A stretch of 64,000 nucleotides of DNA from Mobula hypostoma (taxonomy: Eukaryota), in assembly GCF_963921235.1 (NCBI RefSeq), contig NC_086097.1, forward strand, positions 222,210,001-222,274,000, read 5' to 3'. Each line of letters starts with the position of its first letter. Within the stretch, counting starts at the first letter, position 1. The notes under the pieces were generated by a model. That model saw nothing but the letters and a program-made list of their open reading frames with translations. It was not told where the DNA came from and made no database searches. Below, one piece after another: positions 36,100 to 46,965 of this stretch. Both the position numbers and the translations under genes were made by a program.

Positions 36100-38336
36100 A
36101 GTCCGTGGGGAAGAAGGCAAATGTTATGTAAGCATTCGTTTTAAAGGACTAGAATATGAAAATAAGTATGTAATGCCGAGGCACTTGTGTGGCCTCACTT
36201 GGAATAGTGTGAGCAGTTTTGGGCCCCTTATATAGGAAAGGATATGCTGACATTGGAGCATGTTCAAAGGAGATTCAGGAAAATGATTCTGGGAATGAAA
36301 GGAGTATTTGATGGCTCTGGGCCTGTACTCAATGGAATTTAGTAAAATGGTGGGAGGGGATCTGATTGAAACCTAGCGAATGTAGATAGGCTTAGATAGA
36401 GTGGATGTGGAGAGAATGTTTCCTATAGAGCCAGAGGATAGAAGCTCAGAATAAAGGGATGTCCATTTAGAACAGAGACAAGGAGGAACTTCTTTAGACA
36501 GAGGGTGGTGAATCTGTGGAACTGGATGCTACAGCAATTGTGGAGGCCAAGTCACTGGCTGTATTTAAGGAGGAGGTTGATAGATTCCTGATAAGACAGG
36601 GCATGAAAGGTTACAGGGAGAAAGCAGGAGAATGGGATTGAGAGGAAATTAGGTCAGACATAACTTGATGGGCCAAATGGCCTAATTTTGATCCTATGTC
36701 TAATGGTCTAATTCCAAAGCCATATCTGAGAAGGCCATTCCACAGTCCTTTAGTGAGATTGAAGATGACCCTGCATAGTGTATGAAGGATGGTGAAGATC
36801 AGAAATGATGCCTTAAATTACTCATCACAATACATACAAGACAGAAAAATGGCCTTGTCAGAGCTGGCCTTGAAACCTCTGAATTGTTCAAATAGGTAGA
36901 TTATTAAAGTGAAGTAAGAAAACCTATGCCTGAGGTCTTGCAATGCTCACTGAAAATAATTGTGTTTGCTCTTGTTTATCTTCAGTTCTGTCTCTCCTGT
37001 CAATTATTGTTCCAATTTGGTGGTTGAAATCTGCACTGTCAATTGTCCAACCCCTCCAGCTCTGAACAAGTTCTGCTTTTTGACAATAGGCAAATAGACT
37101 GTCGCTGAGAGTTTCTCCAAATTTCACATTCCCTTGCTAACTAAACACTGAAACTCTCTTGTTTTAATAGCCACAACTGTACTTTTTGGTCTACTGCCAG
37201 GGAAAGCAGTGGAAATATAATATGTTTTCTCTCTATATAAATCAATTGGATTTGTAATTAATTGTTGATCAGCAATGATCCATCTGAGGTAATCATCTGC
37301 CCTACTTCAATTCATTAACTGAATTCATGACCATGTGAAAGACATGAAACATGGCCATTTTTAATGTCTTTTCCAATACAAGGTCATGCCTATGAAATTT
37401 AGTATTTCCCATTTCCATATGTGTATGCAGTTGACTATCATGCTAGGCCCAGACCCTTTTCCTTTATTCCCTGTTGCTATTGGTAAGGGGGCGGGGCTAT
37501 AGAACACTACCAATAGAGTGATTGCTCCCTCCCTCTTTCTGCCTTTTATCCACACTGACTCAGTAAACATCCCTCCATGACATTGTCTCTTAATGTAGCT
37601 GTGATACTATCCCTAATTAGTAGTGCCACTCCCCCACCACTTTTACCTCCTTCCTTGGCCCTATCAAAACACCCAAACTCTGAAGATCTAGCAAGCCATT
37701 CCTGCCCTTGTAACAGTCAAGTCTCTGTAATGACCACAATGTTGTAGTTCCATGTACTGATCCATACTCTACGCTCATCATATTACAAGATGTTCTCAAC
37801 CAAGCCAGCTTCCAGGATTTAGATGCTATAACACTCTGGATTATGGATAGCTGGCACAGCCCCTTTAAGGGGTTAGGATGGCCCTGCTAAATGGCAATCA
37901 TGTCTTGTGCACCAAGAATTGAGTATTTAAAGAGCACCTGAACTGAGGTTTGGTGCTCAATTGTAAAGCCCTATTAGTGATAGTGTTTGGTTTGTTTATT
38001 TTTTTTTCCTCTGATGCAGTTTGATACTATGTCTCAATTTCTTGTTTTAGATACCCCAGCATTTGGGTCCAGACCATATTAGTCAAGGCCTCTAACCACA
38101 GTACGATTGAGCCAACATGAACCTGAATCAGAATCTTTTGTCCACTGTAGTCAACCACAGTGAAAGGATTTCTAGACAAGGCCTGGGAGACTCCTGACCT
38201 CCAGGTAACCCTTCATCAACTTTTGCAAGGAGGAGGCTAGGGTTGCTCGGGAGAGCCAGTTGATCCTTCTGTGGAGCCAGCAAATCTTCTAACCCTGGAG
38301 AGTTTCAGTGGTGACCTGGTTTCTCATTGTGGCTTC

Positions 38337-38540
38337 ATTGAGAACATCTACCATAAATGCTGCCTGGGAAGGGCGAAAAGCATTATCAAGCATGCATCTC
38401 ACCCTAACCATGGACTTTTTACTCTCCTCCCATCTGGTAGGAGCTACAGGAGCCTCTCCTCCCACACCAGTAGGCTCAGGAAGAGCTTCTTCCCTGAGGC
38501 TGTGACTCTGCTGAACCACACATCACAGCGCTAAGCAGTG
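38337..38540 (+). mobile_element. Rex1/Babar C-terminal fragment within the Gypsy gag region
   Basis: AKSIIKHASHPNHGLFTLLPSGRSYRSL..TSRLRKSFFPEAV. Confidence 0.85.
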
Positions 38541-39315
38541 ACCTGCTCAAGATCCAGTTGAATCCACGCAGGTCTGTTGCACTGAACTCTCCACCAGTGA
38601 GAGGTCCCAGCTTTTACTGTAAGAAAGCAGGACACCTGTGGGTCAAATATTCCAGGCTGCAATCATCAGGAAACTGCTAAGGCTGTCTAGTGTCGGGAGG
38701 ATTGTGATGGATCCGAATTCCACAGATTCTGGTTTCGTGCTGAAGGCAGAGTTCACCTGAGGTAAGAGCCTGTGGTAGATGAAGGCTTTTGTGGTCTCTG
38801 GGGTAGTGGGTAATTTTCTGAATTTTGGAACTGCTTGTTGATTTGAAGTACTGCTGCAAGAGTTGAGCCAGTCCATGCCCACAACTGTCTTGGATGACAG
38901 CCCACTAGATTCTGGGCCGAACCAGCAACAAAATGTGGGTAGGGGATCATGTGGAGGACATTAGTTTCTACATTACTGACTCTCCATTCATACCCCTGAT
39001 TCATAAGTACCCTTGGCTGTTCCAGCATAACCCATCTGTGGACTGGAGGGAGGGGAGAATCATTGCTTGGTCCAATCATTGTAAGAGGGTTTGTATTGTG
39101 GTGTTCCGACATCCAGACTCTCCCGTGACCAGTGACCAGTCAGGGGGCAGCCTTCTGTGTGAGGTAACCCGAGACCTTCTGAAGACCTAGTTCTGCCATC
39201 AAGGACGGACAAGCCGGGTCTGGCCAATGGAACTGAGAAAGTCCCAACACTGTCTAGTCAGGACTACGCGGGAAGCAGAGAGGGGAATCCCTCATTCAGG
39301 AGAGAAGCAAGGAGA

Positions 39316-39880
39316 TAGAACATAGAATAGTACGGCACAGTACAGGCCCTTTGGCCCACAATGTTGTGCCGCCCCTCAAACCCTGCCTCCCATATAATCC
39401 CCATCTTAAATTCCTCCATATACCTGCCTAGTAGTCTCTTAAACTTCACTAGTGTATCTGCCTCCACCACTGACTCAGGCAGTGCATTCCACACACCAAC
39501 CGCTCTCTGAGTAAAAAAACCCTCCCCTAATATCCCCCTTGAACTTCCCACCCCTTAGGTTAAAGCCATGTCCTCTTGTATTGAGCAGTGGTGCCCTGGG
39601 GAAGAGGCGCTGGTTATCCACTCTATCTATTCCTCTTAATATCTTGTACACCTCTATCATGTCTCCTCTGATCCTCCTTCTCTCCAAAGAGTAAAGCCCG
39701 AGCTCCCTTAATCTCTGATCATAATACATACTCTCTAAACCAGGCAGCATCCTGGTAAATCTCGTCTGCACCCTTTCCAATGCTTCCACATCCTTCCTAT
39801 AGTGAGGTGACCAGAACTGGACACAGTACTCCAAGTGTAGCCTAACCAGAGTTTTATAGAGCTGCATCATTACCTTGCGA
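39316..39880 (-). mobile_element. CR1 3' fragment (same family as 33683-35970) inserted in the Gypsy element
   Basis: ORF 39475-39891 is nearly identical to 35405-35824; (TTCTATG) tail at ~39315-39328. Confidence 0.95.
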
Positions 39881-41189
39881 TGCCCGAGCAATCTGGAAAA
39901 CTTGCAGCTAAGCTTAAGGAATCGAGCCGTCGAGTGTCAAGGCAGGGAAAAATTTTTTATGCCGATCGTTGAAACCTATTACCCAGAGATGGGAGGGAGT
40001 GTAAGGACCATCTATGAAGCTTCATTGTCATTGCCTGAGGATACAGACAGGGATTTGGACGATGCTGATTTGACCACTGTTTCCATGAGTGAGCTTTATG
40101 AGCCTAGGGAGAGGACTCTGAGGTTTGTTGAATTATCTCACCACCGAAGAAGTCCCAGGGATAGTCCTCGAAGGAAGATTGGAAGGGGAAAACAAGGACC
40201 TGTTTTACAGCCAGGGCAACAGGTCTGGCTGTCCACATGATTTGCCTCTCCTGATGGAATCTAGAAGATTGGCACACAAGTTCATTGGACCCTTCAAGTT
40301 CCTGAGGAAAGTAAACCCAGCGGCTTACACGTTGTAGCTCCCCAAAACCTTAAATACCAACTCCACCTTCCACATCTCTAAATTAAAACCTGTCTGCACC
40401 AGGCTCTTGGCCCCACCACCATCAGCCCTGCTGCTACCCAGATTTATTGAGGGGGATCAGGTATTCATGGTGAGAAGACTTTTGGACTCATGTACTGGTC
40501 AGGGTGTTCAGCAATACCTCATGGACTCAGAAGGATTCGGACCCGAGGAGAGCTGGTTGCCTGAAAGAGACATATTGGATTCATTTCTCATCTACGACTA
40601 TCATCACCATCTCTCCAAGCAGCTAGGGCTATCAAGAATCTGCCATAAGGGAGGGAGTCCTGTTATGAGATGCTCCCAGCCTCACCAGCTTCCAGGATTT
40701 AGATGTTCTAACACTCTGGAGAATGGATAGCTGGCACAGCCCCTTTAAGGAATGAGAATAGTCCCACTAATTGGCAGTCATGTTTTGGATGACGAGAATT
40801 AAGTATTTAAAGAGCACTTGAACTGAGATTCTGTGCCCAATTGTAAAGCCCTACTCGTGATACTGTCTAATTTTGTTTTGTGCTCAGATCCAGTTTGGTA
40901 CTGTCTCAATTCTTGCTTCCAATCCTGAAGCATTTGGATCCAAACCATCCTCGTCATGGACTCTCTCCACACATCACTCTTGTTCCTAATATTTCTTGCA
41001 TTAAAGTAAATCCATTTAAACCCATACACCGAGTGCATTTATGCCCTACCCACTGCCCATCCATCCTTGCACTCCCTCAACACATCGCATCAACCCTTAT
41101 ACCAATTCTTTCATCATTTGATCTTTCTCTCTGGTTCCCATCTCCCTGCCAACTTAGTTTGATCCCTCCCCAACTGCTCTAGTAAACAC

Positions 41190-44100
41190 TAATTCCAAGC
41201 AGGCTGACCTCTAAATTTCTAGACCTGGAACTCAGCACTTCCCTTTGCAACTAGATCCTTTATTTCCTGACTAACAGACTGTATCATTAAGGATAGGCAG
41301 CAGCACCACCTCCACCATGCCATATATTATCGAATGCATCACAGTACATCATGGGAACATCCTTTGACTTCCCCTTCCTGAAGTCCACAATCCATTCCTT
41401 GGTCTTACTGAGAATGAGTCCTTTTGTTTTTTTGCGACAGCAAACAACTGATTAATCTCACTCCTGTAAGCCTTCTTGTCACCATCTAAAATTCTACCAA
41501 CAATAGCTGTGTTATCAGCAAATTTATAGATGGCATTTGCGCTGTATCTAGCCACACAGTTGTGGGTGTAGAGAGACTGGATCCTTGAGGTGCACCAGTG
41601 TTGATTGCCAGTGAAGAGATGTTATTTTTAATCCATATTGACTGTGGTCTCCCAATGAGGAAGTCAAGGATCCAGTTGCAGAAGGATGTAAAGAGACCCA
41701 GTTTTGGAGCTTGTTAATTAATACTGAGGCTGTAATGGTGTTGAAAGCAGAGCTGTAATCAAAGTTCGAAGTTCTTGGTAAATCAATTGTTAAAGTCACC
41801 TGAGAATCATTTTCTTGCTGCCATACTCAAAAAATCAAAGAACCATAATAGAATCAATGAAAGACCACAGCCAACAAGGCAGACAACCAGTGTGCAAAAG
41901 TCAACAAATTGTGCAAATAGAAAAGACAGAAAAGAAATGATACTAATAAAGCAATAAATATTGAGAACATAAGATGAAGAGTCCTTTAAAGTGAGCCTAT
42001 AGGTTATGGGAACAGTTCAGTAATGGGGCAAGTGAAGTTGAGTGAAGTTATCCCCTCTATTTCAAGAGTCTGATGGTTGAGGGATAATAACTGTCCCTGA
42101 ATCTAATGTGAGTCCTGAGTCTCCTTTATCTTCCTCCTGAGGTAGCAGTGAGAAGAGAGCATGACTTGGGTGGTGAGGTCCACTGATGATGAAACAATGC
42201 TCTGTGTAGATGTACTCAGTGGTGGAGAGTGCTTTACCTGTGATGGACTGGGCTGATTCCACTACTTTTTGCAGGATTTTCTTCCAGGGCATTGGTGTTC
42301 ACACACCAAGCTATGATGCAGGCAGTCAATATATTCTCCATCAAGTCTGTTAAAGTTCAGATGACATGCTGAATCTTTGTGAATTTTTAAGGAAGTAGAG
42401 ATAATATCGTGTTTTCTTCACAATTGCCCTTATGTGCTAGGCCAAGGAAAAGTCCTCTGAAATTGTAATACTGTACTGAGAAATTTAAAGTTGTTGACCA
42501 TGCCCACCTCTGACCTCCTAAATTTGAGGACTGGCTCATGGACTTCTGATTTCCTCCTCCTGAAATCAATAATCAGCTCCTTGGTCTTGCTGACATTGAC
42601 TAAAAGTTGTTGTTGTGATTCTTCAATCTCCCTCCTAAAAGCTGATTTGTCACCACCTTTGATTTGGGCAATGACAATGGGGTCATCAGCAAACTTAATA
42701 TATCTTTGGATATTAACCCCACATTCATACGTGTCAAGTAAATAGAGCAGGGAGGTGAGCACACAGCCTTGTGTTGCAACTGTGCTGATGGAGATTGTGG
42801 AGGAGATGTTGTTGCCAGTGGAACTGACTGGGGATCCGCAAGTGAGAAGAATCAAGAAAACCAATTGCATAAGGAGCTGTTGAAGCCTTGGAACTTATTG
42901 ATTAGGTTTGAGGGGATGAACACTGAGACCAATAAAATTCATCATGATGTATGCACCTTTGTTGTCCCAATGTCTCAGTGTTGAATGAAGAGCCAATGCA
43001 ATGGTATTTTCTGTGGACCTGTTATGCTGGTAGGCAAATTGGAGTGGATGCTGGTCACTTCTCAGGCAGGAGCTGATATGTTTCATCACCAATCTCTCAA
43101 AGCACTTCATCACCATGGATCTAAGTGCTACTGAACCTTGGCTGTTGAAGCAGGTTATCACATTCTCATTGGGCTCTGGTATAATTGACACCGGCTTGAA
43201 GAAGGTGGGTACTTCAGAATACCAAAGCAAGATGTTAAAGATCTCCAGTCAGTTGATCAGCACAGGTCTTTTGTACTCAGTCAGGCACCCCATCCGGACC
43301 GGATATTTTCCAAGAATTAGCCTCTCAAAGGATGCTCTCATGTCGGCCTCAGACACTGAAGTCACACAGTCATTGGGGGCTGTGGGAGCCTGTGATAGTT
43401 CTTCCACGTTTTGACAGTCAAAACAAGCATTGAAGGCATTGAGCTCATCTAGAAGCAAAGCCCTGTTGTCGCCCATGTCCCTTGATTTTGTTTTGTTTGA
43501 GGTAAAAACATTCAAGCCCTGCCACAGCAGATGAGCATCTTTCATTGATTCAAGTTTAGTCCAGAACAGCCACTTCACCTGTGAGATGGCTCTCCGGAGA
43601 TCATACCTGGACCTCTTGTAACTTTCTTGGTCGCCTGATCTGCCCTCAGTAAATTGGGGATCTTGTGGTTCATCCAAAGCTTCTAGTTGGGGAAGACTCT
43701 GAATGATTTGTGGAGGCAAGCTTGTCTACAACCGTTTTAATAAAATCCATGATAACCATTCAGATCCACAGATCGGTCCTTGAGCACAGCCCCGTCCAAC
43801 AACTTGAAGCAATCCCACATCCGCTCCTCTGCCTCCTGTGCTTAACTCTGTTGTCCTCATCTCTGGAGCCAATAAACAGAAGCCTGATGTAGGCATTGCT
43901 TATGTCAGATGATCCAAGGGCCATTGGAGAGCCAGTGAGATTACATCCGCTATAGACCAATTGTTGCAACAGGTAAGTTTCAACGGATCAAGGTCCTTGC
44001 TTAGGCAGGAGTTGATTCTGGCCATGACCAACCTCTCAAAGCTCTTCTTCACAGTAGATGTGAGTGCAACTGGACGATAGTCATTGAGGCAGCTCATCTT

Positions 44101-44325
44101 GGGCACTGTTTTGGTTGTTGCTCTTTTGAAGCAAGGGGGAACCTCCAGATGCAGCAGTGAGAGATTGAAGATTGCCTTGACCACCTCCCCTAGTCCGTTG
44201 GCACAGGTTTACAGAGCCTGGCCAGGTACACCATCGGGGCCTGATGTCTTGCAAGTGTTCACTATCTTGAACAATGTTCTGTCATTGGCCTCCAAGTCAG
44301 AGATCACAGCATCACCAGATGTTTT
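41190..44325 (-). mobile_element. Cluster of several decayed Rex1/Babar LINE fragments (mostly minus strand)
   Basis: DYSSAFNTI, KFADN/KFADD, QGCVLTSLLY, MKCFERLV..PLQFAY, LNDYRPVALTS, SGPDGVPG and YKRSRYDLRRAI. Confidence 0.85.
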
Positions 44326-44922
44326 ATTCTCCCCTTCAAAGTGTGTAAAACAACCTACCTCAGATATCCCTCCCATATTTTCCTCCAAGCAAATTAAAGT
44401 TTGTCCCCATATTTCCACCCTGGGAAAATACCTCTATCCATGCCTCTTATCATCATGTACACCTCTATCGTCATGTCACATCCTCCTCACTCCAAAGGGG
44501 AAATCCCTGACTCAAGCTATCCTCCTATATAGTGTTAATCAATAATACATCATGTTTACTAATGGCATCCAATTCTGTTTTCCCTCAACCCCTCCAGGCC
44601 ATTTCTCTGTTCCTTTTAGCAATTTGGTTTATCCACAAATTCACTATCAGACAAATATAAAATTTTCATAAGTGAACATAGAAAGGATTGAAGACATTGC
44701 TTTTGATCAACCACTATATGTATCACTGAAAATTTATTGTCTCTTGAAATGCACAGATGACAATGGAATGACACTTTTCATGTTGGTTCTTGGGCTTATA
44801 GACTTGGGGCTATTTGCACTTTCTAGAGTGACTGAAAATTAATGTGTATGTAATGTAATATCATATAATAGGCAGTATGTTTGTTCTTTACTGCAAGGGA
44901 TGTGAGTTACAAAGCAGAGATA

Positions 44923-45460
44923 CAGTACTGTGCAAAAGTCTTGGGCAACCTAGATTCATATATAGTTTCAGATGGCCTATCCTCAAATGATCCCTGATCT
45001 CAACATCACTGCGTCTGTTTGCAATGATAGAAACATAGAAAAAGTACAGCACAATACAGGCCCTTCAGCCCACAATGCTGTGCTGAACATGTACGTACTT
45101 TAGAAATTACCTCGGGTTACCCATAGCCCTCTATTTTTCTAAGCTCCATGTACATTACCTGGAGAGACAGAAACAAAAGAGACAGCCAAAGTCTGCAGAA
45201 CTGTGGCAAGTTCTCCAAGATGCTTGGAATAACCAATTTTCTTATAAAACTGCCAGACTGAGTATCTAAGAGAATTAATCCAGCTTTAAAGGCAAGGGGC
45301 GGTCATATCAAATATTGACTTGCTTTAGTTATTTTACTGTTTACTGCTCAAGGTAATTTTTTGATATTTAGAAACTTTTCATTTCATTATTGTGAAAGCA
45401 TCTACACCTTACAGATTTTTTTTATATGCGCAGTATGCAAAAGAATTTTGCACAGTACTC
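44923..45460 (+). mobile_element. Internally deleted Tc1-like DNA transposon
   Basis: TA|CAGTACTGTGCAAAAGTCTT...AAGAATTTTGCACAGTACTC|TA; PDLNI remnant of the SPDLNPIE motif and YLERQKQKRQPKSAELWQVLQDAWNN. Confidence 0.85.
45027..45153 (-). mobile_element. CR1 3' terminal fragment inside the Tc1 element
   Basis: Reverse complement of the CR1 3' UTR, ATAGAAACATAGAA tail. Confidence 0.9.
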
Positions 45461-45598
45461 TACCTTGATTCAATTGCATGGGCTCAGGTGATACCATATC
45501 TAGAATATCATATGCTGATTTTGTCACCTTAGCTAATTGCAGTAGATGGTGTGACTCAAAGGCATCATATGAGTCAAGATTAAGCAGACTAGGCACTT

Positions 45599-45809
45599 AC
45601 TTTATAAACGCAAGAGGCTCTGCAAATGCTGGAAATCCAGAACAACATAAACAGGCGCAAAATGTTTGAGGAATTCAGCAGGTCAGGCAGCATCCATGGA
45701 ATGGAATAAACAGTCAACGTTTTGGTCCAAGACCATCCACCAACAGTTTATCTCCGTCCATAGATGCTGCCTGACCTGCTAAGTTCCTTCAGTGTTTTGT
45801 TCGTGTTGC
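45599..45809. mobile_element. Second fold-back Penelope-derived element, 11-bp TSD, within an old CR1 3' remnant
   Basis: TSD ACTAGGCACTT at 45588-45598 and 45810-45820; arms GAGGAATTCAGCAGGTCAGGCAGCATCCATGGA / TCCATAGATGCTGCCTGACCTGCTAAGTTCCTT. Confidence 0.85.
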
Positions 45810-46965
45810 ACTAGGCACTTCCGTTAATATAAAAGAAACAGTGGTGATCCAATTGAAATTTTCAAAGATCTAATAGGATTTAACAGGTTAGATGCAGGAA
45901 TGGTGTACCCCATCACAGAGTGAGTTGACATCTGGGGATTACATTCTCAAGACAACTGATCAGCCATTTAGGATTGAGGTGAGAGAATAGTTCTTCATCT
46001 ATAGGGTAGTAAATCTCTAACCAACAGTGCAATGGAAGCTCAAAAGATTATAGATGGACACTGCATTCCTCTGCTTTGCATCTTGAATGTCCTTGAAGTT
46101 GCATCCAGCATGGAAAGTGAGGAATATTCCAATACACTTTTTTTTTAAATAATTATCCCCCCACAAGCCTAAAGTTAAACTTACTGCATAATGTCCACAC
46201 TGTAATCTGGTCAATGGCATGATCATGATGTTGATGGTGAGAAACTCTGCAGTGGAATTCTACTGAATATGAAGAATAATAATCATTCTTTTGTTGAAGA
46301 AAATCATTGACTTTGTACCATGACTATTGCTTAGCATCGCTAGCCAAATGTTGTCTTGGTCTTGCAAACACGGGCCCTTTCTATTCATGTAAAAAGAGTT
46401 AAACACTATACTAACATAAGCAAACGTCCTCAGGTCTGATGTTATGATGAAAGATAGTTGATGATAAAGCAGTGGAAGGTGGGACTAGAATACTATACAG
46501 AGATGTAGTATGCTGCAATGATTGACCACTAATATCCGAGACCACCTGATGAAGATGTTGACTCTTACCTTGACTTTAAAAGTCTGTTATTTGGATCATA
46601 TCTGAGGTCATGTCAAAAGTCAACCTGTACATTAATGAGTAAGCTCAATTTGAGAACATAGTCTCATTCATCTTCCAGTCCAACTGATGATTAAGAGTAG
46701 ACTGACAGTACACTAATTAAGCAGGTTGAGTTGTTATTTTTTCCCCCCCACAAACAGGAAATACCTGGGCTGCTTTCCATTGCTGACGCATGCCAGTGTT
46801 GTAACTGAAGTGGAACAGCTTACTTAGAGGCAGGAGTTATCCTTGAGTGCATCATTTCAGTTCTATAGATAGGACTTTGTCTGATACTATAGACTCTGCT
46901 ATATTCCACACACGTGTTTATATCTCATGGAATAAATTGAATTATGAGATTGGTTGCTGTGCTGG

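Larger units (their letters stand above)
29870..36710 (+). mobile_element. Older CR1 (ORF1 zinc-finger and esterase remnants, ORF2) hosting nested insertions
   Basis: CSLCEM..DNHICTR at ~29905-29978; ORF1 resumes at 31077; LYLNACSIWNK at ~31570; RT remnants at 32760-33445; resumes at 36100 and runs to the 3' tail GGGCCAAATGGCCT..TCTAATGG. Confidence 0.8.
37781..40971 (+). mobile_element. Gypsy/chromovirus (Sushi-like) LTR retrotransposon lacking RT/RNaseH/integrase core; 5-bp TSD CATCA
   Basis: LTRs ~37781-38100 and 40661-40971; PPT AAGGGAGGGAG before 40661; gag start at 38117; knuckle remnant FYCKKAGH; protease remnant and YPWLFQHNPSVDW; integrase C-terminal PGQQVWLST..KFIGPF; chromodomain VRRLLDS..QYLMD..GFGPEESWLP; CATCA at 37776-37780 and 40972-40976. 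Confidence 0.9.
37470..41185 (-). mobile_element. Decayed CR1 endonuclease region split by the Gypsy element
   Basis: Reverse strand IYFNARNIRNKSD (40975-41015) continues as ..VWISTWNYNIVVITET (37720-37780) and TESVW...GAITLLVVFY. Confidence 0.8.

Noticed and set aside
36924..37140. Minus-strand ORF KFGETLSDSLFAYC... as a coding exon
   Set aside because: Poor acceptor and no recognisable homology; noted only as a splice-like signal
45402..45596. Minus-strand 64-aa ORF as a host exon
   Set aside because: The plus strand reads SYESRLSRLG and continues as a CR1 3' remnant after the insertion
46230..46880. Very old minus-strand LINE remnant
   Set aside because: Only faint motif resemblance; family and boundaries cannot be supported
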